Source of the DNA: Tubulanus polymorphus
Lineage: Eukaryota > Animalia > Nemertea
Length of the DNA: 64,000 nt
Reading direction: 5' to 3'
Assembly: GCF_964204645.1 (NCBI RefSeq)
Contig: NC_134027.1
Coordinates: 27,428,560-27,492,559, forward strand
Position 1 is the first letter of the stretch. Every line of letters begins with the position of its first letter. Below, in pieces: positions 24,401-37,141 of the stretch. The notes under the pieces were generated by a model, which saw nothing but the letters and a program-made list of their open reading frames with translations, made no database searches and had not been told where the DNA came from. The position numbers and the translations under genes were made by a program.

Positions 24401-27400
24401 ATATCTGATATTTTATTTGCCCTCTCAAATATCTGTTCGCCCTATACAAGCATTCCAACTGTTGTATCGATTGGGAAATGGCTTTGAGCTATATAAATGC
24501 ACTAGCCCGGTGGACAAGTGATAGTGATAACCTATTTGCCCTAATGATAATATACTCGTCCCGGGCAATCGAACAAGTGTTTAGATCGCACACTGTCCCG
24601 TCATCATTCTGGTAAATAGTGTTGCATAACGTTAGGTTAATACCGTGCGCCTAAACTACAGTCTTCAGCTGTAAGAGTTGATGTTTATATTTTTGGGTTT
24701 TTTTTTTCAGGTATTTGCTTGGAAGCAACTCGAGAATTTATATTTCCGCGATAAAAAGTTTTCCATTGAAGTGCACGACCCGAAACGGTGAGTGAAATAT
24801 AAACAGTCTGCTAGAACTAGGTCAATAAACTAGGTCAACGAACGCTAATATTACTGCATGTTATAATTGATTTGAGTGAAAGATGCAGTTTGATTACTGG
24901 CCTGATTTATTAACCCGACCCACTGTCACAGTAGTATAGCAGTAGTGCTCTCTATCGCTTGCTGGGAGGTGATAATGATGCATGGTTGTTGTTTAATGTA
25001 GTAATTCTGTTTTAACTCCGTTTTATTTTTATTTTTAACTTGAATAACAGGATCTAATATTGAGTTAGCTCTTCATCAGACGGCACACCTGCTCTCTCTT
25101 ACTCTGTCATTGTTTACTGATCACAGTTTATTTTCAGGAAATCTTGTTTGAATTTTAGATGCTGTACTAAATATAAATGACAATGTTTAATACAGTAGAC
25201 TGCGATTGTCTCTGATTGTCACGTGTCGCGGACTCTGATTGTCACAGAGCTGATTACCTCTGATTGTCACTGGGAGAAAGTGTTAGAAGATGTTGATTCA
25301 CTCTGTCCCAGTCTTGCCGCATCAGAGAATACTTAGCAGTCTATTGTAGATCCGAGGTCAATTTTACTGGGAGCATTTCCGAAGAAAAAATTGCCTAATA
25401 TTTCTTGCTGCTTTCCGGATTACTCTTTTCTTTTCAATGAATACTAAAGTATCTAAAGTATCTCAAGGATTCTAACATTGCCACTAATTCTTACTAAAAT
25501 ACAATAATCAAATAACTCGATTTTTGGATATTTTTCAAAGTTAAATCTGAAAAACATCCAACCCTGCAAATATAACGGTCAGATTTTGCATCCGTTTTTC
25601 TCAAAACAATTTTGATCCAGGCAAATATTTGAAAGAACGATTGCATCTTTCACTAGTTGTTAATTATTGCTGCTAGATGGCGTTACTCTAGTATATAGAT
25701 CGTTTAAATCAAGAAAAGCATGCGATTAAAACTAGTGCCAGAGATGTCGGTATTTCATCTCAGATTTTCAGTAAAATTTCTTTGAAGTTTTGCGTCAAGA
25801 TTTTTGGGTCTCGGTTTCAAATTGATGTAATCCGGATCTGAGATTGAATACCAACTACGCGTAGGGAGCATGTATTATTGAATTGAACCGACGACGAGTA
25901 GGGAGCATGTATTGCTGCTGCTGCTGCTGCTGCTGGTGGTTGATATTTGTTTTTTCTGAATGGTTGTGTTTAGTATTGTGCATACGCTGAGCAGTTTCAA
26001 CTTGTACGAAGAAGCAATACAAGAACCTCTAGACGAGTTCGATGAGTTATCTGATGCAATATCTGACCCAACTACTCAGTAAGTATTCCTCCTGCTCCTC
26101 CTGCTCCTCCTCCTCCTGCTCCTCCTGCAACTTCTCCTTCCTTGACTGCCACAGCTGCCTCACATACTACATTACACATTCATATACTTAGCACTGAGTC
26201 CTCACCTGCCAGAGTTGGATTCATAAGGGGGGGTTACTGCGGCTAGTGAGGACAGGTATTGTCTGTACTGATTGTATCTAACACTGAGTCCTCACCTGCC
26301 AGGGTTAGAGTCATGTAGGAGGTTACTGCAGCTAGTGAGGACAGGTATTGCCTTATTGTCTGTACTGATCGTACCTAACACTGAGTCCTCACCTGCCAGA
26401 GTTGGATTCATAAGGGGGTAGTTACTGCGGCTAGGGAGGACAGGTATTGTCTGTACTGATTGTATCTAACACTGAGTCCTCACCTGCCAGGGTTAGAGTC
26501 ATGTAGGAGGTTACTGCAGCTAGTGAGGACAGGTATTGCCTTATTGTCTGTACTGATCGTACCTAACACTGAGTCCTCACCTGCCAGAGTTGGATTCATA
26601 AGGGGGTAGTTACTGCGGCTAGGGAGGACAGGTATTGTCTGTACTGATTGTATCTAACACTGAGTCCTCACCTGCCAGGGTTAGATTCTTATAGGAGGTT
26701 ACTGCGGCTAGTGAGGACAGGTATTGTCTTTACTGATCATTTTGTCTTTCAATTAGTTTTTTGTCTCGAACAAAATGCTGTTTATTTCTATTGCGTTAGT
26801 GTTTTATATGTTTAATGTTGTATATTCTTCAGTCTAATTCTGTTTTAGTTCAAATGTTTTGTCAAGTCAAACATTAGTTCTGTATTTAAACATTATTCAT
26901 ACGAGTCGCTTTCAAAACCCTGAAACGTTCACCAAATCATCGACCGGTGTTTGATTTTACTTCAGCTGAAAATGGTTCTAAAGATCGTTCCTTATGAAAA
27001 ATGTATTCTTGTAAAAAATGTCTCGTATATATTGGTAAATTTTGTGCTGTTATAAATAGAAAAAAAAGTTGATAATTTCAGTTTTGAATTTCAGGCGATT
27101 GAACAAAAAAAAACACAGGTATCAATAACTTAAGTACACAGTACTATCTGTCTTGCCATCAGAGAAATTGACAACTGACTGCTACGGTCTCTATCTCTGT
27201 TCAAAGAAGCTGGCTGACTGCTTTAGTCTCTGTTTCTCTTGAGAGATGAGAGAGACAGTGACTGGACTGCTTCAGTCTCTGTTTCTGTTTCTGGACAGAC
27301 AGTGACTGCTGTTTTTGCAGACACAGATATTAGACTGCTACAGTCTCTGTTTCTGCAGGGACGGATATTAGACTGCTACAGTCTCTGTTTCTGCAGAGAC

Positions 27401-30400
27401 GGATATTGGACTGCTACAGTCTCTGTTTCTGCAGAGACGGATATTGGACTGCTACAGTCTCTGTTTCTGCAGAGACGGATATTAGACTGCTACAGTCTCT
27501 GTTTCTGCAGACACAGATATTAGACTGCTACAGTCTCTGTTTCTGCAGACACAGATATTAGACTGCTACAGTCTCTGTTTCTGCAGACACAGATATTAGA
27601 CTGCTACAGTCTCTGTTTCTGTTTCTGGACAGACAGTGACTGCAGATATTAGACTGCTACAGTCACTCTGACTGCTACAGTTTGCTGCTGTATATTTTTC
27701 ATGTTTGTTTGTATTTATTATTGTGTTTGTTGCATGTCTATTAATCGAGCATGAAAAAGAAGTAATATAATAATTTTCTAATTCAATTTCAGGCTCCTCC
27801 CTCTCTCTTCCCCCCTCTCTCCCCCTCTCTTCCCCCTCCCTCTCACTCAACTCTCTCTCTCTAACTCTATCGGAAAAAGCCATTGACAATAATAATAACA
27901 ATAGAACCTGCTTGTTCTATTATGTGTGAAGAATGACTGCATGAGTTTTGAGTGACAGTTTCTGCAGTTTGACCCGCCTTCTATCATCGTTGATGAAACC
28001 AGTGACAGCAATCACTCAATCACACAGCATTCACCATACCTACCACACCTTTCTCTTCTAAAATCTACTCCACCTACTCTGCATCATCAGGAAGATCTCT
28101 CATATTGTAACACTTTTTCAAGGGGTGGATCTAGTGAAATAGGAAGGTGGGCCTTGGAAAGGTTTTAAAGATATCCATCTCGGAAAAATGTTGTTAACCT
28201 CAATTGGAAGACAGTGGTCTCTACCCTGAAACGAACCTCTAGATCCACGTCTGCTTTTTGTGAAGTAACCGATGTCGAGCGTTAAATTGATTTGAATTTT
28301 AACGGAATGAATTGTTGTTGTTATGTATTTGTAGAGTATCAGTGAGTAAGAGGACGTTTGGACCGAGTAACGTTAATGTATTCGCTTGGTTCGCTATTTC
28401 ACCTCCTTTAACTAAATGTATCTGGTCAATGGCAGTTTCTCAACATCAATTCTACCTCGATCGCAAACAGAGCAAGGTAAAAATCACCATCAAGCATCAG
28501 CAGCTTGATAATCTATTAGTCAAACTCACACTTTTAGATTATGTTGATGACTTGCGCTAAGTAAATTGAGAAAATCGAGACTCAAAAATAGAGATGACTT
28601 CAGAAATCTGACGACTTACCCCGATGATGACTTACACTTAGTAAATAAGAAAATACGAATTGGGGGGACTAAAAAATAGAGATGATTTCAGTGTGTCATG
28701 TGACAACTCGGCTAAATCGAGTTTTTGACCGAGTACTAGAATCCTTACTCGGTGCCGGTCCAAATTCAATAAAGTCAGGGTGAATTCTGTTAGTGAAAAC
28801 CGTCTATTTCCCTTATTGTGAAGTACAGTTTATATTTTGTAGACGTATATTCCAATAGCTCGTTCTATGAGTGAAATAGCAGCTGAATTATCACAAAGCA
28901 CTCCGTCATTATACAGTTCATCAGGTACTGATAGTATCAGTCATTGTAGCAGTGCTACTAGTTTATCACACTGTGGTGGATCCAAAATAGATCGTAAGTT
29001 GATGACGATATTATTATTCCTGATATATTTAATATTTTTATTACTGATATAAATCTAATGATATTTTCATTCCTGATATGTGTAACTTATTATTGAGATA
29101 TTTGATATTCCGGGGTCGATATATCTGATGAGATTATCATTCCTGATATATAATTGATATATACTCATTGGTAATATATCTGATATTCTCATTTGTGATA
29201 TATCTGATATTTTAGTGCCGAGATTCGAAGGTGAAGAAATGAAAACAGCAAATCGTGATATGTTCACGGCTTTGAAAGCTCGTAAAGACGCCCTTGAGGA
29301 CGAACTACGCAAAAAAACTGAAGAATTAAAAATCATATGTCTCAAAGAAGCGGTAAGAATTTCTATGAAACGTTACCTGAGTAAAGAGAGGTATTCTAGG
29401 AGTTGGGGGAGAGGTATTCTAGGAGTTGGGGGTGTTTACACGGGAAAAATACCCTTACAAAGAATTTTCAACAAAATTGCACCATTGTTTTACATTGTGC
29501 CCTCAATCTCATTCATGTTGACTTGTTGATATAAATTGCCGTTGAATAGAATAATGGGGTAACTCAACATCTCGCAGCAGAACACGTCAATGTTGATTAA
29601 TTATTGATTATTTGTTGATGATTTCAGTCAATAACTGGAGAACTTCCTCCAGAATTACCGACAATCCCCGGAGAGGACCCCCCTCCGATTAGACGTCGAG
29701 TCGGAACTGCATTTACTTTATCGCCGAAGATGGTTTACGGAGAAGGTCGAACTGAGGTAAAAAACAATACTTATTTAACGAGCTCTAATTTGTGATTTAT
29801 AAGTTTTTCATGAAGCTGGGCGCAGTAAACATCAGCTTACATCGGATGATGAATTCTGAAATTCTCGTTGATTTCAGGAAGAGGAAAAACTGGCGAAATT
29901 AGAACTCGATTTCGAACTTCAGAAACAGATCACTTCTGCCGCTTATCGTCTGTTTAAAGATAAAAAACAGCGAAAAGTTCGTCGACAACGAAAAGATGAT
30001 TATCAAAGAGCTTTTGATAAAGTACGTTATCACACGGTTCTAGCAGTTGAGCATTACAGGGTTTGACACTAACTCAGGGAATTTTTACACTCTTCTTGAA
30101 AATCAGAGAATTGTTGTTGTTCTTTCTGGTGATGAGTGTCACAAGGAACCTCTTGATTAGAAACAACCCCCACTGAGGATATCTTATAATTGAGGGAATT
30201 TTTGGTACAGGGTCAGGGAAATGTCAGGGAATTTTGGACCCTCTGAATTTGTGAATTTACTAAATCTATGATACGTATATTTTTATAGTTGAAAGATTTA
30301 GAACAACAGTTGAATGATTTAAGAAAGGAACAAGGCAAAGATGCAATTCTACAATCACAATTCGAAGGTCAGGAATTCTACTTGTAATACTATAATGCAT

Positions 30401-32460
30401 AGATATATTTCAGAGACATTAGTTTCATTTCTATCAATATATTTTATAATTGTAGATAGAGAAAGTGAAGGAAGTATTGGACCCACTGATAGTGGTAAGA
30501 TATCTCTACAATCATTTTAGATTAAACATCAAAATAGAAAAGACTTAGCTTTAAAGCGTGATTTGAGAGTGATATTTGAGATTGATATCTCAGTCGACTG
30601 ATTTAATGAGTCGATAATTTGTTTTTCAGAATCGGATATTCTATCATTAAATCCATCTCCGGCGATTGAACGTAACGCCGGTGACGAAACGAGTCAACTG
30701 GTCGAACGTGAGCCGTCGACCAGTTCGTCTCAATGTTCACTGGTCGACGCTTCACCCTCTAGTCCTAGTCGCCATGCAGCACGTGATGTTTCGCCAAACA
30801 GGTAATTATATAAATCTCAAACTCACTCCCAGCAAACTACTCCAACAGTCAAAACAGTTTGTTATTTTAAATGCCAGCAGTGAGGTGCACAAACCTAATA
30901 ATCCAGGTGACTGTAGTCTCTTATTTTAAACGCCAGTAGTGAGGCTACTGTTCTGTAATCCAGTTGTCTGTAGTTTTGTATTAGTTCAGATTTGTTTTGA
31001 GAATAGGGATAAATGTGTTCTACTGAACATCAAACACATCATTATATAGAAATGAAACTTGTTTTATAATTATTTGATCTGTCTCGGCAGAGAAATCCCG
31101 GATAAAACCTGGTATCTCAGAGATATTGATATTACTTCTCAACGCGTGAAATTATAATAGTCAAACTCGCTCCCAGCAAACTACTCCGACAGTCAAAACA
31201 GTTTATTATTTTAAACGCTACTAGTGAGGCGCTACTGTACTGCAATCCAGTTTGCTGTAGTTTTGTATTAATTCAGATTCCTGCTTAATATTGATAATAA
31301 TGCGATTGTTGTATGGTTTCAGGGGTTTCCTAGGTTACGGTTATCAGACGAGTTCGGTTACTCGTACGGAGTATCGTAAACAGATGTATCCGACGTTATC
31401 GACTCACAGTCATCTGTATTCTAGCGGTAGTTTTCAGTCGGATTACGATAACGTGAGCAGTCACTCGGGAGGTTCACGCGGTGATATACACAATCTATAT
31501 AACGTTAATTCACATCGCACGTCGCGTTACGACAGCGCCGATGAGTTAAAGAGTCCTCAGAGCGCCGACGAGGCCGATAGTTTGTATCGTCAGCACATGT
31601 GTCGCCACGGTAGTTTAGACGCCGGCGTTCGACAACTCGGAATGGAAGAGAAATTCGCCGATTACAGCAAACATTACGGCAGTTTAGAGCGTAATTTCAG
31701 CTACAGCGGTTCCACTAAAAAGAGTATGATGGACGATTACCGGAAACACGGATTACAGACTTTATCTTATTCGGATAGCTGCGGTTCAGGTGTTGGTAGT
31801 TCTATAGATAGCATGCAGCATCAGCAGCAGCAGCAGCAGCAGCAACCTCAGACTGTCGATATACCTAAGAGTTGGTACGTAGGTCAACCTATGCCTACCG
31901 ATTCACCTATTTATTTCGGACATAACGAAACTGTGGATTTATCGAATATAGAAGACGATAGCAGCGTGGATATTTACGATACGGAACAGAACGCCGTTCA
32001 GTATCCACGTGGACAATCGTTTACTAAAGTAACGCAGAATCCACATTTCAGGGAGGAAACGAAACCGTACGAAATGTCGGATTTCTATAAATACAGCGAG
32101 AAACTGAGGAGGGCGCGAAGCGTGGAACGACAGAGATTACAACCTCAGATCGACCAGTCTCCAGTCGATCGGTCACCGATTACTTCTCAATGCGCTCATT
32201 CGGTACACTATGAATCTATGAGTCCCGGGTTACAGTACGCGACCGGACCGGTTCAGGTCGGTTACGCCCGAGCCGTTCCGTTACACTACGCCGCCGGCGA
32301 ACCTGATTATAACGCTGGTTACCACGGCGACCCGCAACACAAACAACAATCGTATCATTCGCCTCAGTTCGCTCAAAAACTAGCGGCATTTAGCGGTCAA
32401 CCGCTGACGTGTGAACCGGTTCAGGAACCGCCTAAAACTAGTTCTCAAAGACTCGTATAA
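18472..32460 (+). CDS. FRMD4A: FERM domain-containing protein 4 (FRMD4A/B orthologue): FERM, CUPID coiled coil and long disordered tail
   Basis: Exons 18472-18537, 18740-18834, 19429-19521, 19610-19694, 21934-22013, 22466-22549, 23096-23161, 23264-23321, 23886-23972, 24711-24787, [25974-26078], 28335-28476, 28843-28993, 29216-29352, 29628-29756, 29878-30021, 30289-30367, 30456-30494, 30630-30801, 31323-32460 splice in frame. Motifs MSEGRKSQVILLDDRK, LDLVASHFNLKEKEYFG, WKQLENLYFRDKKFSIEVHDP, SQHQFYLDRKQSK and PPPIRRRVGTAF match FRMD4. Confidence 0.95.
19921..20692. repeat. 43-bp G/A-rich intronic minisatellite (~18 near-identical copies)
   Basis: Unit gaagggtgttatctgtgtgtggtggagagaggggggaaagaaa; all three + frames are open only because the unit lacks stop codons. 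Confidence 0.97.
22222..22359. mobile_element. Family A MITE, inverted orientation
   Basis: gggccggttgtatagtcatgg ... cacgactgtgagactggccc. Confidence 0.8.
24356..24596. mobile_element. Non-autonomous TIR element (hAT-like CAG...CTG ends)
   Basis: cagggtctgatctaaa ... tttagatcgcacactg with internal cttgccc/gggcaag repeats. Confidence 0.45.
26190..26740. repeat. Dimeric (A/B) ~90-96 bp tandem repeat, 6 subunits
   Basis: Each subunit starts acactgagtcctcacctgccag, alternating agttggattcataaggggg and ggttagagtcatgtaggagg variants. Confidence 0.9.
27320..27670. repeat. 38-bp minisatellite
   Basis: Unit gactgctacagtctctgtttctgcagagacggatatta. Confidence 0.9.
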
Positions 32461-33749
32461 ATGAGACGTCGCTTTATTCATCACTGCTTCTAAATCTCAT
32501 CTCGTTTCAGTCGTCGCCATTTTTTTTTTGTAAAAATGATTTTTAAATCGTCGTATGAAATGGAAAAATGATCTGCTTTTAAAAAATCCCGAACCGAAAA
32601 TCGAAAAAAGGCTTTATCATCGCTTTGAATTGTACGTGAATTTTATAGAAACATTTTTTTTAAAGTCGATTTATTCAGTTTTAAAAAACTATTTTAAAAC
32701 TGCTGTGTATATCAGGATAGACCTACGTAATGCCGGTAATATGTAAACAGTGTAATACCAGTAATATGTATAGTGATTGATGTGTAATATTATGTGTGCC
32801 TTGCCTCATGGTGTCAACGTCGATTAAATCATTCTCTCATTTACGCGAGAAATAATGAATTAAACACATTTTTATGCAAATTGCAGATTTTGTTTATGAT
32901 GATGATATCAATTTATGTCGCGGTAGTAAAAAACGAATAATGAATTCATGTGTAATAAATGTAAGTGATTGTAAATAATCCTGATGGCTCCAGTTTTTAC
33001 AGTTCTCCGTTCTTTAGAGAATAAACTGATTTTAAATCGTGAATTTATCGAGAATTGCGGAGCTGGATTTTTCTCGGTCTAGAGGTCGTGTCAGATAGCT
33101 TCAACTGCCTCTTTATATTAAACTCTAGCTCAAATTGTAGCTGCTATTTCCGTGAAGAATGCTGATAATATACAACGTGTCTATTACTGTGTATGTGTTC
33201 CTTTATCAGATAAACCAGAATTTGCTGATCAAAAAAACAAAATATCTATAACAATGATCTCATAGTGAAATTAGCTGATACCTTTATGATATACATGTTT
33301 ATGAAGTAATTGCTTTGTCTGACACCCTGTACTGGATAACCTTCAATACGCGAGTACCTCTATCAGGGATATCCGAGTACCTATCACCCTGAGTACCTAT
33401 CAGCAATACCTGAACACCTAGGAGTATCAGGAATATGCAAGTACCTACCAGAAATACTTTAAATACCGTACCTATCATCCTGAGTACCTCCTATCAGGAA
33501 TACCCGAGTACCTATCATCCTGAGTACCTCCTATCAGGAATACCTGAACACCTATCATCCTGAGTATCAGGAATATGCACCTGATAATCAACACCTTATC
33601 CGGTCTTCAAGTAAATAGTTAAATACAGTGGATCCATGTTGTAATGAACTCAGATATTACCTTACTTGAACATTTATTTTGTGATTATAACGAAGTAGAT
33701 TTCCTGGTGTCCTGTCGTTGGTTGTAAAAAGATTCGACTGTATTTCAGA

Positions 33750-33913
33750 TGCAGGTTTGAGCGATGAACTGTATTGATGCTACTGTGCTGCACTGAGTAA
33801 TGTGTCAGGTTTGAGCGATGAACTGTATCGATGCTACTGTGCTGCACTGAGTAATGTGTCAGGTTTGAGCGATGAACTGTATTGATGCTACTGTGCTGCA
33901 CTGAGTAATGTGT
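33750..33913. repeat. 54-bp repeat, 3 copies, in the probable FRMD4 3' UTR
   Basis: caggtttgagcgatgaactgtattgatgctactgtgctgcactgagtaatgtgt. Confidence 0.9.
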
Positions 33914-34199
33914 ATTTTTATTTATAATGTACACTGTTTATAAGTCGATGTATATAATAATTATATTCTGTGTATAAAACAAAAAACATGTCTCATGTTT
34001 CTTAAGTTTTTTTATGAATAATAAACTACTGAAATCATCAAGAATTTTTATGTTTATTACTTTAGTTTCTAAGGATATTGCATTTTTACATGTTTGCAGT
34101 TATTACTGTATGTGTGAATGCTTCACAGGGGGCGCCGCGCTTGCATGTCCTCCCTCAAGAAAATTTTGAATGTTATCTTGGGAACAGAATTGGGGCCCG

Positions 34200-35652
34200 G
34201 GTTGCTGTGAACACCAGTAGAGGTCACTGCGTACACCAGTAGGGGTCGCTGTGTACACCAGTAGGGTCACACTGTCCACCAGTAGGGGTCACACACACTG
34301 TGAACACCAGTAAGGGTCACACTGTCCACCAATAGGGGTCACTGTGTACACAGTAGTGGTCACGCTGTCCACCAGGGGTCGCTGTGTACACAGTAGTGGT
34401 CACACTGTCCACCAGGGGTCGCTGTGAACACCAGTAAGGGTCACACTGTCCACCAGTAGGGGTCACTGTGTACACAGTAGTGGTCACGCTGTCCACCAAT
34501 AGGGGTCACTGTGTACACAGTAGTGGTCACGCTGTCCACCAGGGGTCGCTGTGTACACAGTAGTGGTCACACTGTCCACCAGGGGTCGCTGTGAACACCA
34601 GTAAGGGTCACACTGTCCACCAGTAGGGGTCGCTGTGAACACCAGTAAGGGTCACACTGTCCACCAGTAGGGGTCGCTGCTGTGAACACCAGTAGGGGTT
34701 GCTGTGTACACCAGTAGGGGTCACACACACTGTGTACACCAGGGGTCGCTGTGTACACCAGTAGGGTCACACTGTCCACCAGTAGGGGTCACTGTGAACA
34801 CCAGTAGGGGTCACACACTCCACCAGTAGGGGTCGCTGCTGTGTACACCAGTAGGGGTCACACTGTCCACCAGGGTCGCTGTGTACACCAGTAAGGGTCA
34901 CACTGTCCACCAGTAGGGGTCGCTGTGTACACCAGTAGGGGTCACACTGTCCACCAGTAGGGGTCGCTGTGTACACCAGTAGGGGTCACACTGTCCACCA
35001 GTAGGGGTTGCTGTGTACACCAGTAGGGGGTCACACTCCACCAGTAGGGGTCACACTGTGTACACCAGTAGGGGTCACACTGTCCACCAATAGGGGTCTC
35101 CACTGTGTACACAGTAGTGGTCACACTGTCCACCAGTAGGGGTCGCTGTGTACACCAGTAGGGGTCACACTGTCCACCAGTAGGGGTCGCTGTGTACACC
35201 AGTAGGGGTCACACTGTCCACCAGTAGGGGTCGCTGTGTACACCAGTAGGGGTCACTGTCCACCAGAGGTCGCTGTGTACACCAGTAGGGGTCACACTGT
35301 CCACCAGTAGGGGTCGCTGTGTACACCAGTAGGGGTCACTGTCCACCAGAGGTCGCTGTGAACACCAGCAGGGTCACACTGTCCACCAGTAGGGGTCGCT
35401 GTGTACACCAGTAGGGGTCACACTGTCCACCAATAGGGGTCTCCACTGTGTACACAGTAGTGGTCACACTGTCCACCAGGGGTCGCTGTGTACACCAGTT
35501 AGGGTCACACTGTCCACCAGTAGGGGTCGCTGTGTACACCAGTAGGGGTCACTGTCCACCAGAGGTCGCTGCTGTGTACACCAGTAGGGGTCACTGTCCA
35601 CCAGGGGTAGCTGCTGTGTAACACCAATAGGAGTCGCCACTATCCACCAGTA
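34200..35652. repeat. Complex modular minisatellite (~1.45 kb) between the convergent FRMD4 and PSKH1 3' ends
   Basis: Shuffled modules caccagtaggggtc, acactgtc, gctgtgta, cacagtagtggtc. Confidence 0.95.
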
Positions 35653-37141
35653 AATATCCTTCCAATCACAAATGCATGTACTTCATATATTTTTAAAGTG
35701 TTTATTATCATTTTTCATGTATATGTTGTTTTACAATTAATAGCGCATTTATGATAATAATAATAATATTTATACATATCAAATTTGTTACAAAAATAGT
35801 AAAGTATGATTTGTTATTAGAGCAGCAGTAGCAGCAGCAGCAGCAGCTGCACGAGCAGTGTGTTCGCACGGAGAGAGGACGGTCGATGATTACCTTTCAC
35901 CACAATTTAAAAATATAAATTTTACATTTTTTCAAGCACCAAAATATTGCGACCACAGTTCATTGTTTGAAATCAAAAATAATACATAAAAATAGCACAG
36001 ATTTGAATTAAATTTTTGAAATAATATCCTGGGAAATATGGACTTCAGTAACTGAATTACAAATTATTTAAATACGGTTAAAATACATCAATTTTAACCT
36101 TTCTAAACTACCAGTATTTACAGCGGCGTCACATACGTAAAAGAGCTCTCACTATCTACAGTTACTATCTGCAGTTTAACACAATGTAAAATAGTTGCAA
36201 AAAATGAATTTAAAATCTTTAAATCTAATTCACATGAAATTGAAATGAAAGTTTACTGCAGTGCCCGTCGATTTCAACTAAAGACACTTAAATGCATAAG
36301 ACTGACAGTAATTAATTAATAAATCTAATCTATTCTAATTAAGTATCTAATTAATATAAATTGATATGTAATTAATAAGATTGAATAATAAGATTGCATT
36401 TTTACAAAATCTACATAAAATAATGACAGTAATTAAAACCAAAATTAATCAAGAACAAAATCAATTATTCAACTTCCATCATCAGGTAAAATTCATTGAA
36501 AATTTAGCACAATATGAAATGACTTATTTCATACATAGAATGAAATCCTGATCAATATTGATTGTGACAATCAGCAAATTGATTGTGATAACTAGTAAAA
36601 TTAAATGATTCACTTTGATTCTCACTGAGACCTAATAAATATACAAAATAATAACATATCACTGAATAATTGAATTCTTCACTTCATAACCAGGGAGAGG
36701 GGAAGGGGAGGGGAGGGAAAAGGGAAGAGAGAAGGGGAGAGGGAGAGGAAGGAGGGAAGAGAGGACAGGAAAAAGGGGAGAGAGAGGGAGAGAATGGGGA
36801 GAGGGAGGGAAAAGAGAGGGGGAGGGGAGGGAAGAGGTTGAGACAATAGAATTAAAATTCTACTCAATACTTTGTAAACTCAGTTACACATGAAACAAAA
36901 ACAGATAACGTCATTCTAACGGAGACAATTTATAATAAAACAGTGAAACCGGCTTAATTTGAATCTGTCTCATCCGAATTTTAATCGTTATATCATTTAC
37001 AATCCATTTATACATAAATTTATGTAAAATATGATGTTTAATCCGGATAGGCGATAAACCGGTTTGAGATTTTGACTCGGATTAAGCCGGTTTGAGACCG
37101 TAGCGGTAAAGATTAAAGGGCCGGGTTTAAAGCTGATTAAT

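Noticed and set aside
34317-35539. Cys/Trp-rich ORFs (GGQCDPYWC...) resembling toxin or antifreeze repeats
   Set aside because: Frames shift constantly with the irregular minisatellite modules.
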